DNA of 63,758 nucleotides, the filler included, from Asterionella formosa (Eukaryota): the NCBI GenBank assembly GCA_002256025.1. It is 11 parts of 11 records of this genome, joined end to end, with 100 filler letters (N's around TTAATTAATTAA, not from the genome) between each part and the next. Parts side by side here need not be neighbours in the genome. Positions count along the whole stretch, not along the records: positions 58,072 to 63,758 come from NKIB01012960.1; 10 more parts are not named here. One strand, 5' to 3'. Each line of letters begins with the position of its first letter. Within the stretch, counting starts at the first letter, position 1. A model generated the notes under the pieces. That model saw nothing but the letters and a program-made list of their open reading frames with translations. It was not told where the DNA came from and ran no database searches. Made by a program: the position numbers and the translations under genes. Shown piece after piece: positions 62,188 to 63,758 of the stretch.

Positions 62188-62988
62188 TCAATCTTCTGGA
62201 TGAATCAATGGAACATAGCGTACACCCAACAATTCTTTTATCAGAAAGTCTTTGTTTTGAAACACAGTCGATTCGTGCACCCGTTCAACTTGATACAACA
62301 CTTGCACACCACCGGAAGGGCCAACTGGAACAATCAAAATCCCATCCAATTTCAGTTGCATCAACAATGCTTGCGGAATTTCACTCGCAGCTGCACCTAC
62401 ATGAATGGCATCAAACCTCTTTTCTGGGAATCCCTTCCAACCATCTCCAACAGATAGTGTAATAGCTCCACTTTTCAACAGCTCAGGATTATACTTGTTG
62501 ATATTGTGGGTACTCATTTGAATCAAGTTGGGCCACACATCTATCCCATAAACTTGACTACCGGTATCCTTTCCTTTGTCATGTACCAATTCGGTCAAAC
62601 AGGCTGTGAGGTATCCACTTCCACACCCAACATCAAGTACGGCCAATGGAGGTTTTGCTGTCACTAGTCGTGGTACCAGTAGTTCCAACACATGAGCATG
62701 CATGTGTGGAGCCGATATAGTTTGTCCTTGGCCAATTGGTTGAGGAGCATCTTGGTACGGGGATGTAGAAGTAAAGTATGATCGATCCACACGAGTCATG
62801 ACATTCTCGACTTGTGGAGAAAAAATAATCCCAGCAGATTTCAATTGCTGTACGAGCTCTTTTTGAGTCCGACCATGACAAGTCCAGGCTTTCATCGTGG
62901 GATTGTTGAGATTATACGCAGAGGTGGCGACAATTGCTGTAGAAGAGGAAGTAGAAAAAAGCAAACAGAGGAATCGGATATGGTTCAT
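62188..62988 (-). CDS. PCMT1: Protein-L-isoaspartate O-methyltransferase with N-terminal extension (ORF open from 63081; start uncertain)
   Basis: AW.CHG.TQ.ELV..L, VDR..F, PYQDAPQPIG.GQTISAPHMHA, LDVGCGSGYLTA, GDGW.G, FDAIHVGAAA and VRYVPL. Confidence 0.93.
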   Translation of the reverse strand: MNHIRFLCLLFSTSSSTAIVATSAYNLNNPTMKAWTCHGRTQKELVQQLKSAGIIFSPQVENVMTRVDRSYFTSTSPYQDAPQPIGQGQTISAPHMHAHVLELLVPRLVTAKPPLAVLDVGCGSGYLTACLTELVHDKGKDTGSQVYGIDVWPNLIQMSTHNINKYNPELLKSGAITLSVGDGWKGFPEKRFDAIHVGAAASEIPQALLMQLKLDGILIVPVGPSGGVQVLYQVERVHESTVFQNKDFLIKELLGVRYVPLIHPED

Positions 62989-63104
62989 TGTGGTCGAGCT
63001 TCGGAGAGAAGCATATGATGCTTTCACGAAAAATGAACGAAAAGCAATGAGAATCGTTCCATCAAGTCCTGTATGGATCATGTCGTGTCATATGGAAAGG
63101 AGAA

Positions 63105-63758
63105 CACTGCCAGTCAAAAACTGCTTAAGACCACTATATATTACCCCGTTTTTGGACTAAAATTAGAAAAATGTTCAGCCGACCCCATTTAAAACCCTTT
63201 GAATATAGGTCAATTAATGCATGCAAGTCCTAGATAAATGAATCATTTTAACAATTGGAAGGATATATCTTGCGATATCGAACTTTTTAAGTCGTTCATT
63301 TTGCATTTTAGTGGTCTTAAGCCATTCACATATTTTTCTTCATGTATAAATATTTTTTAATGGTAAACGGTTAGGAAATTTTACCTCGTTTTCCATATTT
63401 TCTCCAATTTCTTGTGTCAAATGACGTCGATATTTTGTGCGGAACACACAAATCACTCTTCTTTCACCACGACTTCATCCTCGTTGTCCCCTTCAGCTGA
63501 GGCTGCTGGTGGCGGTATAGCTCCGGCAACTGAGACTGGTTCATCGCCACGTACCATTGTATCAATGTGTCTGGTAAGTAAGCATTAGATGTTTTGTTGC
63601 AGGTAATGGCGCATCGCCAACTTGTTTGTACCAAGACACTATTGTTTTTGTTTGCGCCACCGTCCATTCGTGTTCCTGTTTGTTGAGCGCTCTGATCGCT
63701 TGCACCTTGTTCAATGTTGCTGTGTAGTTCATAACTTTCTTATTCGCTTTCTCACAAT
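63105..63758 (-). mobile_element. TIR DNA transposon, copy B (opposite end of the family seen at 46486-47773)
   Basis: TIR cactgccagtcaaaaactgcttaagaccactata at 63105-63138, with an inverted inner copy tagtggtcttaagc at ~63309. The minus-strand peptide WTVAQTKTIVSWYKQVGDAPLPATK continues the ORF of copy A. Confidence 0.7.

Noticed and set aside
349..63081. Apparent cluster of methylation/repair enzymes (PCIF1, LCM, AlkB, PIMT)
   Set aside because: Each is on a different concatenated contig, so there is no evidence of linkage.
47740..63138. A 15-kb composite transposon bounded by the two TIRs
   Set aside because: The TIRs face away from the intervening DNA and lie on different contigs.

Overview
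Eukaryotic nuclear DNA, most likely a diatom. The evidence is short GT-AG introns, a bipartite 'AFAP'-type plastid presequence, and CoDi-type Copia elements. The window is not one locus. It is 11 unrelated ~5.7 kb pieces joined by an artificial N44-TTAATTAATTAA-N44 linker, roughly in order of decreasing length, so adjacency across linkers has no biological meaning. Recognisable genes: PCIF1-like cap m6A methyltransferase, NOPCHAP1/DUF4598-like protein, CCT3, an LCM-family methyltransferase, a BTB/BACK-like protein, a secreted protein, a P2X-like channel, plastid class II DAHP synthase, a partial ABCA transporter, a UBZ-type zinc-finger AlkB dioxygenase, a fucosyltransferase-like GT, ICT1/ArfB, MPP alpha and PIMT. 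Mobile DNA: two Copia elements, a Gypsy element with both 180-bp LTRs and a CCTGG TSD, two complementary halves of a TIR DNA transposon, degraded non-LTR remnants, and a dispersed repeat carrying a decayed spliced gene. The most unusual unexplained signal is a family of intergenic GGTACC/ACCGGT/CCWGG palindrome tracts. They recur on many independent contigs, often just upstream of genes, and both LTR elements whose ends could be placed sit in or beside them.
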